A program made the position numbers and the translations under genes. DNA of 64,000 nucleotides, taken from assembly GCA_965197745.1 (NCBI GenBank), contig CBDANS010000007.1:1184001-1248000 (forward strand). The letters are read 5' to 3'. The stretch is from Opitutales bacterium. GTDB taxonomy: Bacteria; Verrucomicrobiota; Verrucomicrobiia; Opitutales; PNEW01. Below are positions 10,449-20,623 of the stretch, piece after piece. The stretch's first letter is position 1. Every line of letters begins with the position of its first letter. Under the pieces are notes generated by a model. It did not search any database and had not been told where the DNA came from. It saw only the letters and a program-made list of their open reading frames with translations.

Positions 10449-11471
10449 ATGAGCAAAATTAAAACGAGAAAAATTGGAAAATCAAATGCGACCGTAACCG
10501 AACTGGGTCTCGGTGGTGCTCCTTTTGGAAACCTTTTTCATCTCTTGAGCGATGATCAGGTGGAGAGAGCATTGCAGACGGCATGGGATTCTGGAGTGCG
10601 CTATTATGACACGGCGCCATACTATGGTTACGGGAAAAGTGAACACCGTGTCGGGCGATTCCTTCGCCGGCAACCACGACAGGATTTTGTTATTTCGACA
10701 AAAGTGGGTCGTGTCTTAATACCTGCTCGCGACCCGGAAAATTTTGTCAGCGAATTCTGGGCGGGGGGGCTGCCATTTGAAGTTAAGGTCGACTACAGTT
10801 ATGATGGCATCATGCGTTCCTATGAAGACAGTCTTCAACGGCTCGGATTACCATCAGTAGATCTGTTACTCATTCACGACCTTGATTTCTGGTTCCACAA
10901 AACGGAAGCGCGAGTCAGCGCATACCTGGCGCAATTGTCAACCAGCTGTTGGCGCGCGCTCGATGAGTTAAGATCGAGTGGAGAAATCAAAGGTGTGGGC
11001 GCAGGTATTAACGAAATGGGTATGATGCCGCGGTTCCTCGACGTCGTAGATTTAGATTTTTTTCTCGTCGCCCTCCCATACACCCTGTTGGACCAGGAAG
11101 TATTAGACGCAGAGTTTCCCAAGTGCGACGAACGCAGTGTCGGTGCCGTCATCGGAGCCGTGTTTGCCTCGGGTATCCTCGCAACCGGTCCGGTAGAAGG
11201 GGCCTATTATGCTTATAGTCCGGCGCCCGAAGAAATCCTCGAAAAGACCCGACGTATCGAAGCGGTGTGTAAAAGACATAATACACCGTTGGCTGCTGCA
11301 GCCATGAAATTTCCGCTCGCGCATCCGATTGTAGCTTCGATCATACCGGGAGCGCTTGAATCGGAGCATGTGATTTCGAATGTAAAATTATTTGAACATC
11401 CAATCCCGGCAGATCTCTGGACCGAGTTGAAGCATGAGGGGTTGATACGAGAGGACGCGCCGACGCCTTGA
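10449..11471 (+). CDS. Aldo/keto reductase (D-threo-aldose/L-fucose dehydrogenase-like)
   Basis: LGLGGAPFGNL, YYDTAPYYG, STKVGR, DYSYDG, SLQRLG, LLIHD. Confidence 0.88.
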   Translation: MSKIKTRKIGKSNATVTELGLGGAPFGNLFHLLSDDQVERALQTAWDSGVRYYDTAPYYGYGKSEHRVGRFLRRQPRQDFVISTKVGRVLIPARDPENFVSEFWAGGLPFEVKVDYSYDGIMRSYEDSLQRLGLPSVDLLLIHDLDFWFHKTEARVSAYLAQLSTSCWRALDELRSSGEIKGVGAGINEMGMMPRFLDVVDLDFFLVALPYTLLDQEVLDAEFPKCDERSVGAVIGAVFASGILATGPVEGAYYAYSPAPEEILEKTRRIEAVCKRHNTPLAAAAMKFPLAHPIVASIIPGALESEHVISNVKLFEHPIPADLWTELKHEGLIREDAPTP

Positions 11472-11474
11472 AGA

Positions 11475-11536
11475 AGTGAACAGTGGACAGTGAACAGTGA
11501 ACAGTGGACAGTGAATAGTGAACAGTGAACAGTGAT
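11475..11536. repeat. Heptamer tandem repeat (AGTGRAY)x8 plus a partial unit
   Basis: Units read directly: agtgaac agtggac agtgaac agtgaac agtggac agtgaat agtgaac agtgaac agtgat. Confidence 0.95.
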
Positions 11537-11566
11537 AGACAGTATATCGAAAATCTTCGGCTTCGC

Positions 11567-11601
11567 GACCTTCGTCCCGCAGTCGCGGGACTACGGCGGT
11601 C
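11567..11601. repeat. GC-rich REP-like hairpin between convergent genes
   Basis: GTCCCGC-agtc-GCGGGAC core (11574-11591) in a ccttc...tacggcgg context. Confidence 0.6.
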
Positions 11602-11652
11602 AGACAGTTCGCTCCACCTTGGAATGCAAGATCTAAATCCATTCCATTCTTA

Positions 11653-12465
11653 TCAATGCGCTTCCATGAGAGGCATCAGGTAGCGATAAGTAGAGGCGAC
11701 GGCCTCATGAACGGTTTCTACCGAAGGCCAACCCTTGTCATCGAATTCCATTTCGATACTCAGGGGACCGGTAAATCCTCCATCATCCAGAATTTTCAAG
11801 ACACGTTTAAAATCGACCTCACCTGACCCTGCTGGTGGGAAATTCCAAACTCCTTTACCACCGATCTTGTCCTTTAAATGAACGAATGCAATTTCCGGCA
11901 GGGCTAACTCCAGGTCTTCATAGGGCCAGGCATCTCCGTAGAAAACACAGTTCGCGGTATCATAGGCTATTTTCACGTTTGGATGATTGACCCGGCGAAT
12001 GACCTCAAGGCTGTCCTCTCCATTTCCAGTGTGAGTGCCGTGCACTTCGATGCCTATTGTCTTACCGTGGTCGCGGGCGTAATCGGCCACTTCTCCTATA
12101 TGATCCAAAAACTTAGTCATGTCTTCGTCGTGGCTGTGTGGTCCGGCAATTGAATTGACCACGCCCACGGCATCCAGCTTAACAGCAAGGTCGATCGTCT
12201 GTTTTGCCAGGGATATTCCTTCTAATGACATCAATCCGGTATGAGCATTGAGGGATGACACTTTCAAGTTGTGGGCATCAAGTTTCGAACGAAAGGCTTT
12301 AATTTGCGCTTCGTCCATATTAAGTTGAGCATGTTCACATAGTCCGGGACTGGCCGTGATATCAATATATTTGTACCCTGCGCGGCTCGTTCCCTCGATC
12401 GCATCATCCACTGCGTAGGGCATGTAAGAGACGCTGCTAACGGAAATTATTTTTGTTAACCCCAT
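11653..12465 (-). CDS. Sugar phosphate isomerase/epimerase (xylose isomerase-like TIM barrel)
   Basis: IEVHG, YDTAN, VHLKD, GSGEVDF, LSIEME metal ligands. Confidence 0.88.
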   Translation of the reverse strand: MGLTKIISVSSVSYMPYAVDDAIEGTSRAGYKYIDITASPGLCEHAQLNMDEAQIKAFRSKLDAHNLKVSSLNAHTGLMSLEGISLAKQTIDLAVKLDAVGVVNSIAGPHSHDEDMTKFLDHIGEVADYARDHGKTIGIEVHGTHTGNGEDSLEVIRRVNHPNVKIAYDTANCVFYGDAWPYEDLELALPEIAFVHLKDKIGGKGVWNFPPAGSGEVDFKRVLKILDDGGFTGPLSIEMEFDDKGWPSVETVHEAVASTYRYLMPLMEAH

Positions 12466-12526
12466 CAACGTATAGCGCGCAAAACTTATACATTTATTGG
12501 CACTTAATTATTTGAATGAGCAAGAT

Positions 12527-12892
12527 TTATTCGATGAGTGCCTTTACTGCCCTCATCATTTCTTCGAGAGAAAAAGGTTTATGGAAAATATAGGCCGCGC
12601 CTAAATCAGATGCCGCATCAAGGCAGTCGGGAGCAGCTATTTGACTGCCTCCACTCATGGCGATTATTTTTATTTTCGGATAATTTTCCCGAATATTCAT
12701 AATCACTTCAACCCCATCCATCTCAGCCATGAAAATGTCGGTAATAACCAGCTCAGGCGATTCGTCTTTAAGAATATTCAGCGCATTTTTCCCATTAGCA
12801 GCTTCAAGCACCCGGTAATCGGCGTCGTCAAAAAACTGCCTTAATGCCTCTCTCAGCTTTGTGTCATCGTCAATGATAAGAATACTCTTCAT
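12527..12892 (-). CDS. Stand-alone response regulator receiver protein
   Basis: ILIIDDD, ITDIFMAEMDG, IAMSG, KPF; no output domain. Confidence 0.92.
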   Translation of the reverse strand: MKSILIIDDDTKLREALRQFFDDADYRVLEAANGKNALNILKDESPELVITDIFMAEMDGVEVIMNIRENYPKIKIIAMSGGSQIAAPDCLDAASDLGAAYIFHKPFSLEEMMRAVKALIE

Positions 12893-13006
12893 TATAAGAT
12901 TTTATCGATTTATATTATTAACAAAAAGTAGAGGTTTGATGGCTGTCAATTATTTCAAATTCTCAGCTCGACGATGTAATATATATTGATTAGCTATAAA
13001 AACCAA

Positions 13007-13789
13007 ATGAACACGCAACTATTGCAAGCATTTAAAGCCAAACTCAAAGAGGCTCCAGTTTTTGGCACTTTTTCCAAGACCTCTGACCCGGGTATCATTG
13101 AGACAATGGGTCATGGAGGATTTGATTTTGTCATTCTCGATATGGAGCATGGGCCCAGCTCCATGGAGACGATCCAGAATTTGATTAGAGCAGCTGAATT
13201 ATCGGGAGTTCTGCCCCTGATCCGTGTTCCTGAAGGCAATGATGAAATAATTGGGAAGACATTGGACGTAGGTGCCTATGGCGTTCAAGTGCCCCAGGTA
13301 ACCAATCCTGATACGGTAAAGCGAGTTATAGATACGGCCCGGTTCCATCCAGAAGGGTCCCGCGGAGTATGTCGATTTGTTCGCGCCGCGGGATACTCCT
13401 CCATGGATAAAAGCAATTATTTTCGCGAGGCGAATGAACCGGTTATCGTGATACAATTGGAAGGCCGTTCCGCCCTGGATAATTTAAATGCTATTCTTGA
13501 TGTGGAAGGATTTGATATTGTTTTTATCGGTCCCTATGACCTGTCCCAGTCGCTGGGCGTCCCCGGTGAAATAGAACATCCCACAGTGGTCAGCACTATT
13601 CGTGAAATTGTGACAGCCTGTCTGGCGAAAGGGATTTACGTGGGCACATTCACTGATACGCCAACGCAGGCAGGAAAGTGGATAAAAGAAGGGATGAAAT
13701 ATATCGCCAATTCCGTAGATATGGGAATTTTCTATGACGCTACCTCAAAACTGGTCTCTGAGCTCAAGAGCTGTGGCAATGAAAAATAA
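13007..13789 (+). CDS. HpcH/HpaI aldolase family protein
   Basis: GFDFVILDMEHG, LIRVP, IQLE, FIGPYDLSQSLG. Confidence 0.9.
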   Translation: MNTQLLQAFKAKLKEAPVFGTFSKTSDPGIIETMGHGGFDFVILDMEHGPSSMETIQNLIRAAELSGVLPLIRVPEGNDEIIGKTLDVGAYGVQVPQVTNPDTVKRVIDTARFHPEGSRGVCRFVRAAGYSSMDKSNYFREANEPVIVIQLEGRSALDNLNAILDVEGFDIVFIGPYDLSQSLGVPGEIEHPTVVSTIREIVTACLAKGIYVGTFTDTPTQAGKWIKEGMKYIANSVDMGIFYDATSKLVSELKSCGNEK

Positions 13790-13828
13790 TAAATTGATGC
13801 GATTGAAAACAGGCTGCTAAATTTAGAG

Positions 13829-13858
13829 TGGCATTTTTTTATAAAAAAATGCTATACT
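13829..13858 (+). promoter_or_regulatory. Putative promoter with a 22-bp perfect palindrome (candidate operator)
   Basis: GCATTTTTTTATAAAAAAATGC (13831-13852) abutting an extended -10 TGcTATACT. Confidence 0.45.
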
Positions 13859-13944
13859 ATAGGGTTTAATTGCTGAATTGTGCATTCACACCATTAAAGA
13901 CCCGTAGAATGAACGTGTGTTTTGCCCTTAAACAAATTTAAAAG

Positions 13945-14454
13945 ATGAATGTTGAAGAGCGCATTCAACGCTTGGAGCGACAAAATAACCGACTAAAGGT
14001 AACTTTAATCGGAATGGGGATAACTGTCCTTTTTACCGTCATTTTTGTCTTGGATTCGCGGATAGCCCCGTCTGAAGAAAAGGGAGTTAAGATTAAAGCT
14101 CACCCCCACGTCGTTGTAGAGAAAGATGAAACACTCGTTGAAGGGGACACATTAGCAGGGGAAGGGGCTGAGATTGTCCGAACAAAAAAAGTGGAGTTTA
14201 TCGATGACGACGGTCAGGTGATAGCAGCCCTGGGTTCAAATGAGGGGGGAGATGGATTGGTTATGACTTATAATAATACGGGGGTAAGTTTAGCGCAATT
14301 ACATGCGATCTTTAGTGAAGATGGGTTGGTTGCCGTATACAATGTCGATGGTCAAAGGTTAATTATGGTGGAAGCATTTGAAGGCAACCATGATGGGATA
14401 TCATTAACGAACGGTAAAAGCCTGGCCCTTGTCGCCGGTCAGCTATTACCTTAG
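13945..14454 (+). CDS. Hypothetical membrane-anchored protein
   Basis: N-terminal coiled coil EERIQRLERQN, one TM helix, repeated G-L-V-x-x-Y-N beta units. Confidence 0.65.
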   Translation: MNVEERIQRLERQNNRLKVTLIGMGITVLFTVIFVLDSRIAPSEEKGVKIKAHPHVVVEKDETLVEGDTLAGEGAEIVRTKKVEFIDDDGQVIAALGSNEGGDGLVMTYNNTGVSLAQLHAIFSEDGLVAVYNVDGQRLIMVEAFEGNHDGISLTNGKSLALVAGQLLP

Positions 14455-14489
14455 ATATTGTTTAGTAATTTGATACAACAGGTGCTTCG

Positions 14490-15185
14490 ATGAGGTCATG
14501 GAATCCTGAAGATTTTGATCCCGATTGGCCTCACGATTTATTTTCTACGCATTTTACCCTTGTTCCTGAATCAACGGCATTACTGGTCATTGATATGCAG
14601 GTGAGTCAGTTTGTAATAAATGCTGACAGTAAATTAGCCCAGCAATATCCGAAAATCGCTCAGTATATGGATCATCGCATCGAAAATGAGGTGTTACCGA
14701 ATATCCAACGATTGATCTCATGCTTTCGTAAACAAGGGCGAAAAATCGTTTATACGCGCAATGGCAATGTTACCCCGACTGCGGATGAGGTTACCGAACG
14801 TCTTAAGGCCAAGAAGACCAGGGACAGTTCAGGTGCTGTGACTTCGCATCGCGGGACCACGGATTATCAGATCGATTCACGTCTGGCCCCGACAGATGCC
14901 GACTTAGTCATTGATAAAATCACATCGGGGGGATTTACCGCTTCCTTTCTTGAGCATGCCTTACACAATATGAATATTCGCACCGTGGTGCTTACCGGGG
15001 TTTTGACCGATGCCTGTGTTTTCGGCACCGCGCGTTCCGCAGCGGAACTTGGTTTTAACAGCTTGATCTGCGAGGACGCTTGTGCCACCTATACCCAGCG
15101 AGCGCATGAAGATGCCTTGCTCATGCACGCGCGCATGTTCGGATGCGTCGATACGACTGAAAGCGTAATCGTGCAAATGACGTAA
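14490..15185 (+). CDS. Isochorismatase-family cysteine hydrolase
   Basis: ALLVIDMQ, IDKITSGGF, GVLTDACV. Confidence 0.9.
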   Translation: MRSWNPEDFDPDWPHDLFSTHFTLVPESTALLVIDMQVSQFVINADSKLAQQYPKIAQYMDHRIENEVLPNIQRLISCFRKQGRKIVYTRNGNVTPTADEVTERLKAKKTRDSSGAVTSHRGTTDYQIDSRLAPTDADLVIDKITSGGFTASFLEHALHNMNIRTVVLTGVLTDACVFGTARSAAELGFNSLICEDACATYTQRAHEDALLMHARMFGCVDTTESVIVQMT

Positions 15186-15437
15186 ATCAGTTCCACCCCC
15201 AACCCACGGCTTACTTCAAAAAAAGGGGTAAGAGACTGCAACGACGCTCAAAATCCGGACTGTGAAATTCCAAAAACAGACGATTTTAACCCGGTGATTG
15301 TTCATTCAGTCTCCACCTTCCTCTTCATTCCATTACCGCTGTTCGAATAATTAGTGTTGAAGATTAGTGATAAAATTAAACAACCTGTATAGTAAACATG
15401 ATCGATTATCACATTCACATGAAAATATACTATACCC

Positions 15438-16181
15438 ATGTCAAAAGATAGACAATTACTGGAAGGAAAAATCGCCGTAATTACGGGTGGTGGAAGAGGT
15501 ATTGGGAAATCAATCGCCTTGGCCTTTGCGGAGGAAGGGGCGGATATCGCGATTACGGCGCGCACTGATGCTCAGTTACAGGAAGTGGCAGACGAGATCA
15601 GATCAGTGGGCAGGACCTGTCTTACGGTGGCCGCCGATATCTCGGTGGAAAATGATATTGAGCGTGTGTTCAAGCATGTCTTCGATGAATTTGGTAGAAT
15701 TGATGTCCTCGTAAATAACGCCGGTGTCGCCATTGATGGATCTTTCATCGAGATGAAGATGGATGATTGGGACCAGACGCTGAATGTTAATTTGAGGGGA
15801 GCCGTTCTCTGTGCCAAGGCAGCACTGAGTGATATGCTGAAACGAGGTGAGGGGACTATCATCAATATTGCCTCCGCAGCGGGGTTGAGGGGGTTACCCG
15901 GAAACGCGGCTTACAGTGCCTCGAAAGGAGGGATGATTGCCATGAGCCAGGCAGTGGCTGATGAAGTGAAAGAATCGGGAGTGCGGGTTAATGTTATCTG
16001 TCCGGGACCGATTGAAACAGAGATGTTGATGCAATCCAAACTCAAAGATGTCATATTAAAAAATAAAGGAAGTCTTCTTCCTCCTGATGATATTGCCGGC
16101 GCAGCATTGTATTTGGCTTCTGATTTATCAGGGGGGATAAATAGCCAGGTGATCACGGTAAGAAATACTAACCGATGGTAG
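15438..16181 (+). CDS. Short-chain dehydrogenase/reductase (FabG-like)
   Basis: TGGGRGIG, NNAG, YSASK. Confidence 0.92.
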   Translation: MSKDRQLLEGKIAVITGGGRGIGKSIALAFAEEGADIAITARTDAQLQEVADEIRSVGRTCLTVAADISVENDIERVFKHVFDEFGRIDVLVNNAGVAIDGSFIEMKMDDWDQTLNVNLRGAVLCAKAALSDMLKRGEGTIINIASAAGLRGLPGNAAYSASKGGMIAMSQAVADEVKESGVRVNVICPGPIETEMLMQSKLKDVILKNKGSLLPPDDIAGAALYLASDLSGGINSQVITVRNTNRW

Positions 16182-16255
16182 AACTTTTAATAAATTAGCT
16201 TCTTTCTCCCGAAGGGAAATCCCCGAATGATAATCTTGAGACATACGACTCGAAA

Positions 16256-16999
16256 ATGAATCATTTTCGTAATTTCGATCGAATTCTATATGAGATACGG
16301 TCTATTTCAGTAATGATCGCCCTGGTGCTTTCATTAATGTGGCCTCTCAACTCAATCTATGGAGATAGGTTGACCTTTCAATCAAAAGGGGGACTTGCCA
16401 AGGGGAAACTTCTTATCGCCAGTCACTATCTCAAAGATCCTTATTTCTCGCAAACGGTTATTCTGCTATTGGATTACGGGGCATACGGAGCGATGGGTCT
16501 TGTTCTCAATCGTCCCACGAAGGAATACCTCTCCACTGTATTTAACGAGATCGAGGAACTGAAACAGCGAAAGGAAAAATTATTCTGGGGTGGACCTGTG
16601 GGGGAGGACCTCATACTGATGCTCATACGTACAAGCAGCAAGACTAAGAATAATTATCACGTGTTTGCCAATACATACGTAAGCTCAAACCTTGCTTTGC
16701 TACAAGCCATAGCCGGTAACCCAAGAGCGAACGACAGTTTTCGTATCTACACTGGATTTGTAGGTTGGGCACCGGGACAGCTCGACAGCGAAGTTTCAAC
16801 AGGCAGCTGGCAAATATTGTGCGGTGATTCAACTATCGTATTCGACAAAACAGCTTCGGAGATCTGGCCGGATTTAATCCGATATAATTCCGTTCAGATG
16901 GTCCATGCATATGAACCTATAAGAAATCTGAAACTGACCCCGGGACATCGTCACATCGCCCAGACTGTCGGTACCGATAGCTTGCAATCAATGCGTTGA
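16256..16999 (+). CDS. YqgE/AlgH-family protein with N-terminal extension
   Basis: GKLLIA, DPYFSQTVILL, GAMGLVLNRP, GGPV, GWAPGQLDSE; start uncertain. Confidence 0.88.
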   Translation: MNHFRNFDRILYEIRSISVMIALVLSLMWPLNSIYGDRLTFQSKGGLAKGKLLIASHYLKDPYFSQTVILLLDYGAYGAMGLVLNRPTKEYLSTVFNEIEELKQRKEKLFWGGPVGEDLILMLIRTSSKTKNNYHVFANTYVSSNLALLQAIAGNPRANDSFRIYTGFVGWAPGQLDSEVSTGSWQILCGDSTIVFDKTASEIWPDLIRYNSVQMVHAYEPIRNLKLTPGHRHIAQTVGTDSLQSMR

Positions 17000-17054
17000 T
17001 GACTGTCGGTCTTTTACCGGAAATAGAGAAAAATCAAATGAGGAATAAAAAGCA

Positions 17055-17714
17055 ATGGATTTCAAAGAAATAAAGCAACGATTGTCCGCTCTCGATACGG
17101 CCTGTGTAAGTGATGCGAATAAAGAACTCCGCGTTATGGATCCGGCTATTCGACCGCTTCAAACAGGGTTAAAACTTATAGGACGTGCCCACACCGTATC
17201 CTGCCATGAAGACTTCCTCATGGTCATCAAAGCGCTCAGAGACGCGGAGCAAGGGGAGGTTATTGTAATAGATTCCCAGGATAGTCGCAGGGCCTTAACG
17301 GGTGAAATGTTTCCCACCGAAGCTATGCGTAAAAATTTAGCAGGTATAATAATTGATGGTCCTTGTCGGGATACGGCTGCGATAAGACGCCTGGCTATTC
17401 CGTATTATGCCCGATCTGTATCTTGCCTGGCTGGAACAAACAATAAGCTGTTTAAGACACAAATCCCGATTACCTGTGGGGGGGTAACGGTAAATCCCGG
17501 TGACATAATTTTCGGTGATGATGACGGGTTAATCGTTGCCACCAATGAAGAACTTTCGGAGATCATTGAGACTGCTGAAAATATCCAAAAAAAGGAACAG
17601 CGAATGCTCGAGGAAATGGAAATGGGGGTAAGTCTGCTTGATATGATGAATTTTGATGATCACTATAGAAAGGTAAGTGATAAAGAAGACAGTAAATTGG
17701 AATTTTTAATTTAG
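17055..17714 (+). CDS. RraA-family protein / HMG aldolase-like
   Basis: TACVSDA, GRAHTV, IDGPCRD, GGVTVNPGDIIFGDDDG. Confidence 0.88.
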   Translation: MDFKEIKQRLSALDTACVSDANKELRVMDPAIRPLQTGLKLIGRAHTVSCHEDFLMVIKALRDAEQGEVIVIDSQDSRRALTGEMFPTEAMRKNLAGIIIDGPCRDTAAIRRLAIPYYARSVSCLAGTNNKLFKTQIPITCGGVTVNPGDIIFGDDDGLIVATNEELSEIIETAENIQKKEQRMLEEMEMGVSLLDMMNFDDHYRKVSDKEDSKLEFLI

Positions 17715-17799
17715 AGCATCGATGAATATTTCACTATCACCCGCTGCGAATATAAATTTGATTGCGGTGTCATGAATTAATTTACAAAGGTAATGATAA

Positions 17800-18996
17800 A
17801 TGTTGGAACAAATTGAAAAAGCTCCCCCCGACCCCATTTTTGGGCTTACGGATAAATTTAAAAAGGACCCCAATCCCGAAAAAGTAAATTTAGGAGTGGG
17901 AACTTTCCAGGATGCGCAGGGGAAAGTTGCCATTTTGGAATGCGTAAACAGGGCCGAATCATTACTTCTGAAACAAGAAGAAAGTAAAAATTACCTTGGA
18001 ATTGAAGGAGCTCCGGAATTCGCGCGCTGTGTGCAACATCTTCTCTACGGAAAAGAACATGAATTTATTCAATCACAGCGAATCGTCACCGCGCAAACGC
18101 CGGGGGGAACGGGATCACTTCGCATTGCCGGGGAGTTTATTAAAAAGTTTTGTCCCCATGCGAAAATCTGGATGAGTGATCCTACCTGGTCCAATCATAA
18201 TGGTGTTTTTGAAGCGGCAGGTTTTGAAATCGGCACCTACCCTTATTATGATTATGATAATAAGTGTCTTCTCTTTGATCAAATGATTGAAGCTTTAAGT
18301 GAAGTCCCTAAGGGAGATGTGGTTCTTTTTCACGCCTGTTGTCATAATCCAACGGGGATGGATCCCACGCTCGAGCAGTGGCAGACCTTAGCGAAACTGA
18401 CACAGGAAAAAGGTTTTCTCCCGCTTCTCGATTTTGCCTACCAGGGATTCGGGCGCGGGCTTGATGAAGATGCCATGGGCCTTCGCGCTTTTGCCTGGGA
18501 AGGCTGCGAAATTTTCGTTTCCAGTTCTTATTCAAAAAATTTTGGCTTATACAATGATCGCATCGGTGCGCTTAGTATGGTCTGCGCGAACAATAAGGCC
18601 GCTGATAATGCATTAAGTCATATAAAAGCGGCTATCCGTGCCAATTTTTCTAACCCACCGGCGCACGGATCGTTAATTGTGACAACGGTTATTGGGGACC
18701 CCCAACTTAAAGCATTATGGATACAGGAGCTGGCCTCGATGCGTGATCGTATCAATGATATGCGCATGCTTTTTGCGAAAACATTAAAGGATTTTAATGT
18801 TAAAGAAGACTTTAGTTTTATCACTCAACAACATGGTCTGTTTTCATTTACAGGTCTGAGTAAGAAGCAAGTCGAAATCTTAGGAGATAAATATTCCATA
18901 TATATTGTCGGCACAGGCAGGATCAATGTTGCGGGTTTGACTTCTGGTAATATTGACAGAATATGCCGGGCTATTGCAGACGTATTATCTGATTGA
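17800..18996 (+). CDS. aspC: Aspartate/aromatic amino acid aminotransferase
   Basis: PPDPIFGL, QTPGGTGSLR, HACCHNPTG, DFAYQGF, SYSKNFGLY (PLP lysine), GRINVAG. Confidence 0.93.
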   Translation: MLEQIEKAPPDPIFGLTDKFKKDPNPEKVNLGVGTFQDAQGKVAILECVNRAESLLLKQEESKNYLGIEGAPEFARCVQHLLYGKEHEFIQSQRIVTAQTPGGTGSLRIAGEFIKKFCPHAKIWMSDPTWSNHNGVFEAAGFEIGTYPYYDYDNKCLLFDQMIEALSEVPKGDVVLFHACCHNPTGMDPTLEQWQTLAKLTQEKGFLPLLDFAYQGFGRGLDEDAMGLRAFAWEGCEIFVSSSYSKNFGLYNDRIGALSMVCANNKAADNALSHIKAAIRANFSNPPAHGSLIVTTVIGDPQLKALWIQELASMRDRINDMRMLFAKTLKDFNVKEDFSFITQQHGLFSFTGLSKKQVEILGDKYSIYIVGTGRINVAGLTSGNIDRICRAIADVLSD

Positions 18997-19118
18997 TTCA
19001 TGATCGTGCTTTTCCTGGATTGATTAGAACTTAGAAACTGATGATCTTGATCTAAGAAGCCACGTGGGTGCTTAATTTTAAAGATCGAATGCCTCACCAG
19101 TTATGAATAATAAGTAAT

Positions 19119-19697
19119 ATGAGTATCACCTTAGATACTGTACTGGAAACAGAAAGATGTATTTTGCGCAGCGTCTCTGAGGGGGATGCGGATTCTTATT
19201 GGGAGGCTATGCAATATCCTGGTTTTACCGACGGATTACTTATCAATCCGGCAAAATCCAGGGAAGAAGTAAGCGAATGGATTAAAATTGATAGAGTAGC
19301 CTGGGGAAAATCAGAAAAATTTGCGTTTACGATTCAAAGAAATAATCAGGAAATCATAGGCCGAATTAATTTACGAGCATCACAAGATATAGGCCGATGG
19401 CATATGGGATTTTGGATTTTGCCGAAATATTGGGGTAACGGCTATGCTGCGGAAGCAGCTATCAAAGTAGTAGAATTTGCTTTTAGATTTTTAAAAGCGA
19501 GGAAAATCTGTGCTGCCCACACCCGGTTAAACCTTCAAAGTAAAAGGGTGATTGAAAAAATGGGCATGCACGTGGTGCAAAATAACGATAAGGGGTTTTT
19601 AAATAAGGGGAAGTGGGTGGCCAATATCCGATATGAAATAACGCGGGATGATTGGTTAAAGAAGAATGTAACGAAAGATGTGATGGAAGAGGTCTAA
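19119..19697 (+). CDS. RimJ/RimL-type GNAT acetyltransferase
   Basis: LETERCILR, GFWILPKYWGNGYAAE, NLQSKRVIEKMGM. Confidence 0.88.
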   Translation: MSITLDTVLETERCILRSVSEGDADSYWEAMQYPGFTDGLLINPAKSREEVSEWIKIDRVAWGKSEKFAFTIQRNNQEIIGRINLRASQDIGRWHMGFWILPKYWGNGYAAEAAIKVVEFAFRFLKARKICAAHTRLNLQSKRVIEKMGMHVVQNNDKGFLNKGKWVANIRYEITRDDWLKKNVTKDVMEEV

Positions 19698-19888
19698 AGC
19701 ATCTGAAATGGAGAAATGCGGGAAGGGTGACGCAATTGGGCAATACACGCCGTTGACCGAAGATAATTTATCCAGAACAACAGTGCCTCCTGTTGAATCC
19801 GTGGCGATACACGGTTGAGCTTAATTCTATTCTAAGAGAAACTGATTGCTGAACTCAATTCAGTGGCATCCAAAATGAAAAAGCCAAA

Positions 19889-20257
19889 TTAATTGCCCAT
19901 TTTTTCGGTAAATCTCTTTTTCAGGTAGTATTTTAAAGATTCCAGCTGTTCCTCATCAAGGCGTCCTGCTAAATTGGCTTTTGAAATCTTTTTTTTCACT
20001 GAATCGGGACAACCTTTTACAGACAATTTGAGATATAATTGTTGTTGCGTTTTTAGATCTTCCGAGACTGGCTCTTTAAGAATCTTGGCTTTACCATAGT
20101 AAATCTTTTCTCCCCTTTTATAAGCATCCATATTTGTATCGGTATAGCGATACTTTTGCATATGTTCCGGCTGCCCCATACTGTAAGTTAGGGGTAGCAG
20201 AATACCGATGCCGATCAGCGAAATTAATGTTTTAAGCTTCATTTGATTATGTGTCAT
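19889..20257 (-). CDS. Secreted hypothetical protein
   Basis: Signal-like N-terminus, basic 122-aa ORF, only long ORF in the gap. Confidence 0.6.
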   Translation of the reverse strand: MTHNQMKLKTLISLIGIGILLPLTYSMGQPEHMQKYRYTDTNMDAYKRGEKIYYGKAKILKEPVSEDLKTQQQLYLKLSVKGCPDSVKKKISKANLAGRLDEEQLESLKYYLKKRFTEKMGN

Positions 20258-20623
20258 TAAGTTAGTTTAAGATGAAATGGATCATCAATTAATAGGATAA
20301 TTCTGTAAGTTGCTTTAGAAAAATAAAGCGGTTATCGGTTAAAAATCTAACTTTCAAAAGGGGCGTGCGCTATTTATTGAATACCCCCTCTGATAGAAAT
20401 AACTGGCAATATACCAGAGTCAAAAAATAACCGTAAGCGTCAATATCGGTAAATTCTCAACAGGCGTCAAACAATAAAAAAAATTAGATATATCCATTAT
20501 AAGGTATTGTTTATCGGTCGTCACTGGCTCTTATGCCTGGAGTTAATTGATGGGCAAGTTCCCAATACCCGGGTTCATAAAATGTCAATTATAGAGCCAC
20601 TCACAAAATAATCATTATCCCTA

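Noticed and set aside
11475..11536. CRISPR array
   Set aside because: The units are contiguous 7-mers with no spacers, and there are no cas genes.
11388..11642. 84-aa ORF with HCPLFTV repeats
   Set aside because: It is the translation of the heptamer DNA repeat and overlaps the AKR gene on the opposite strand.
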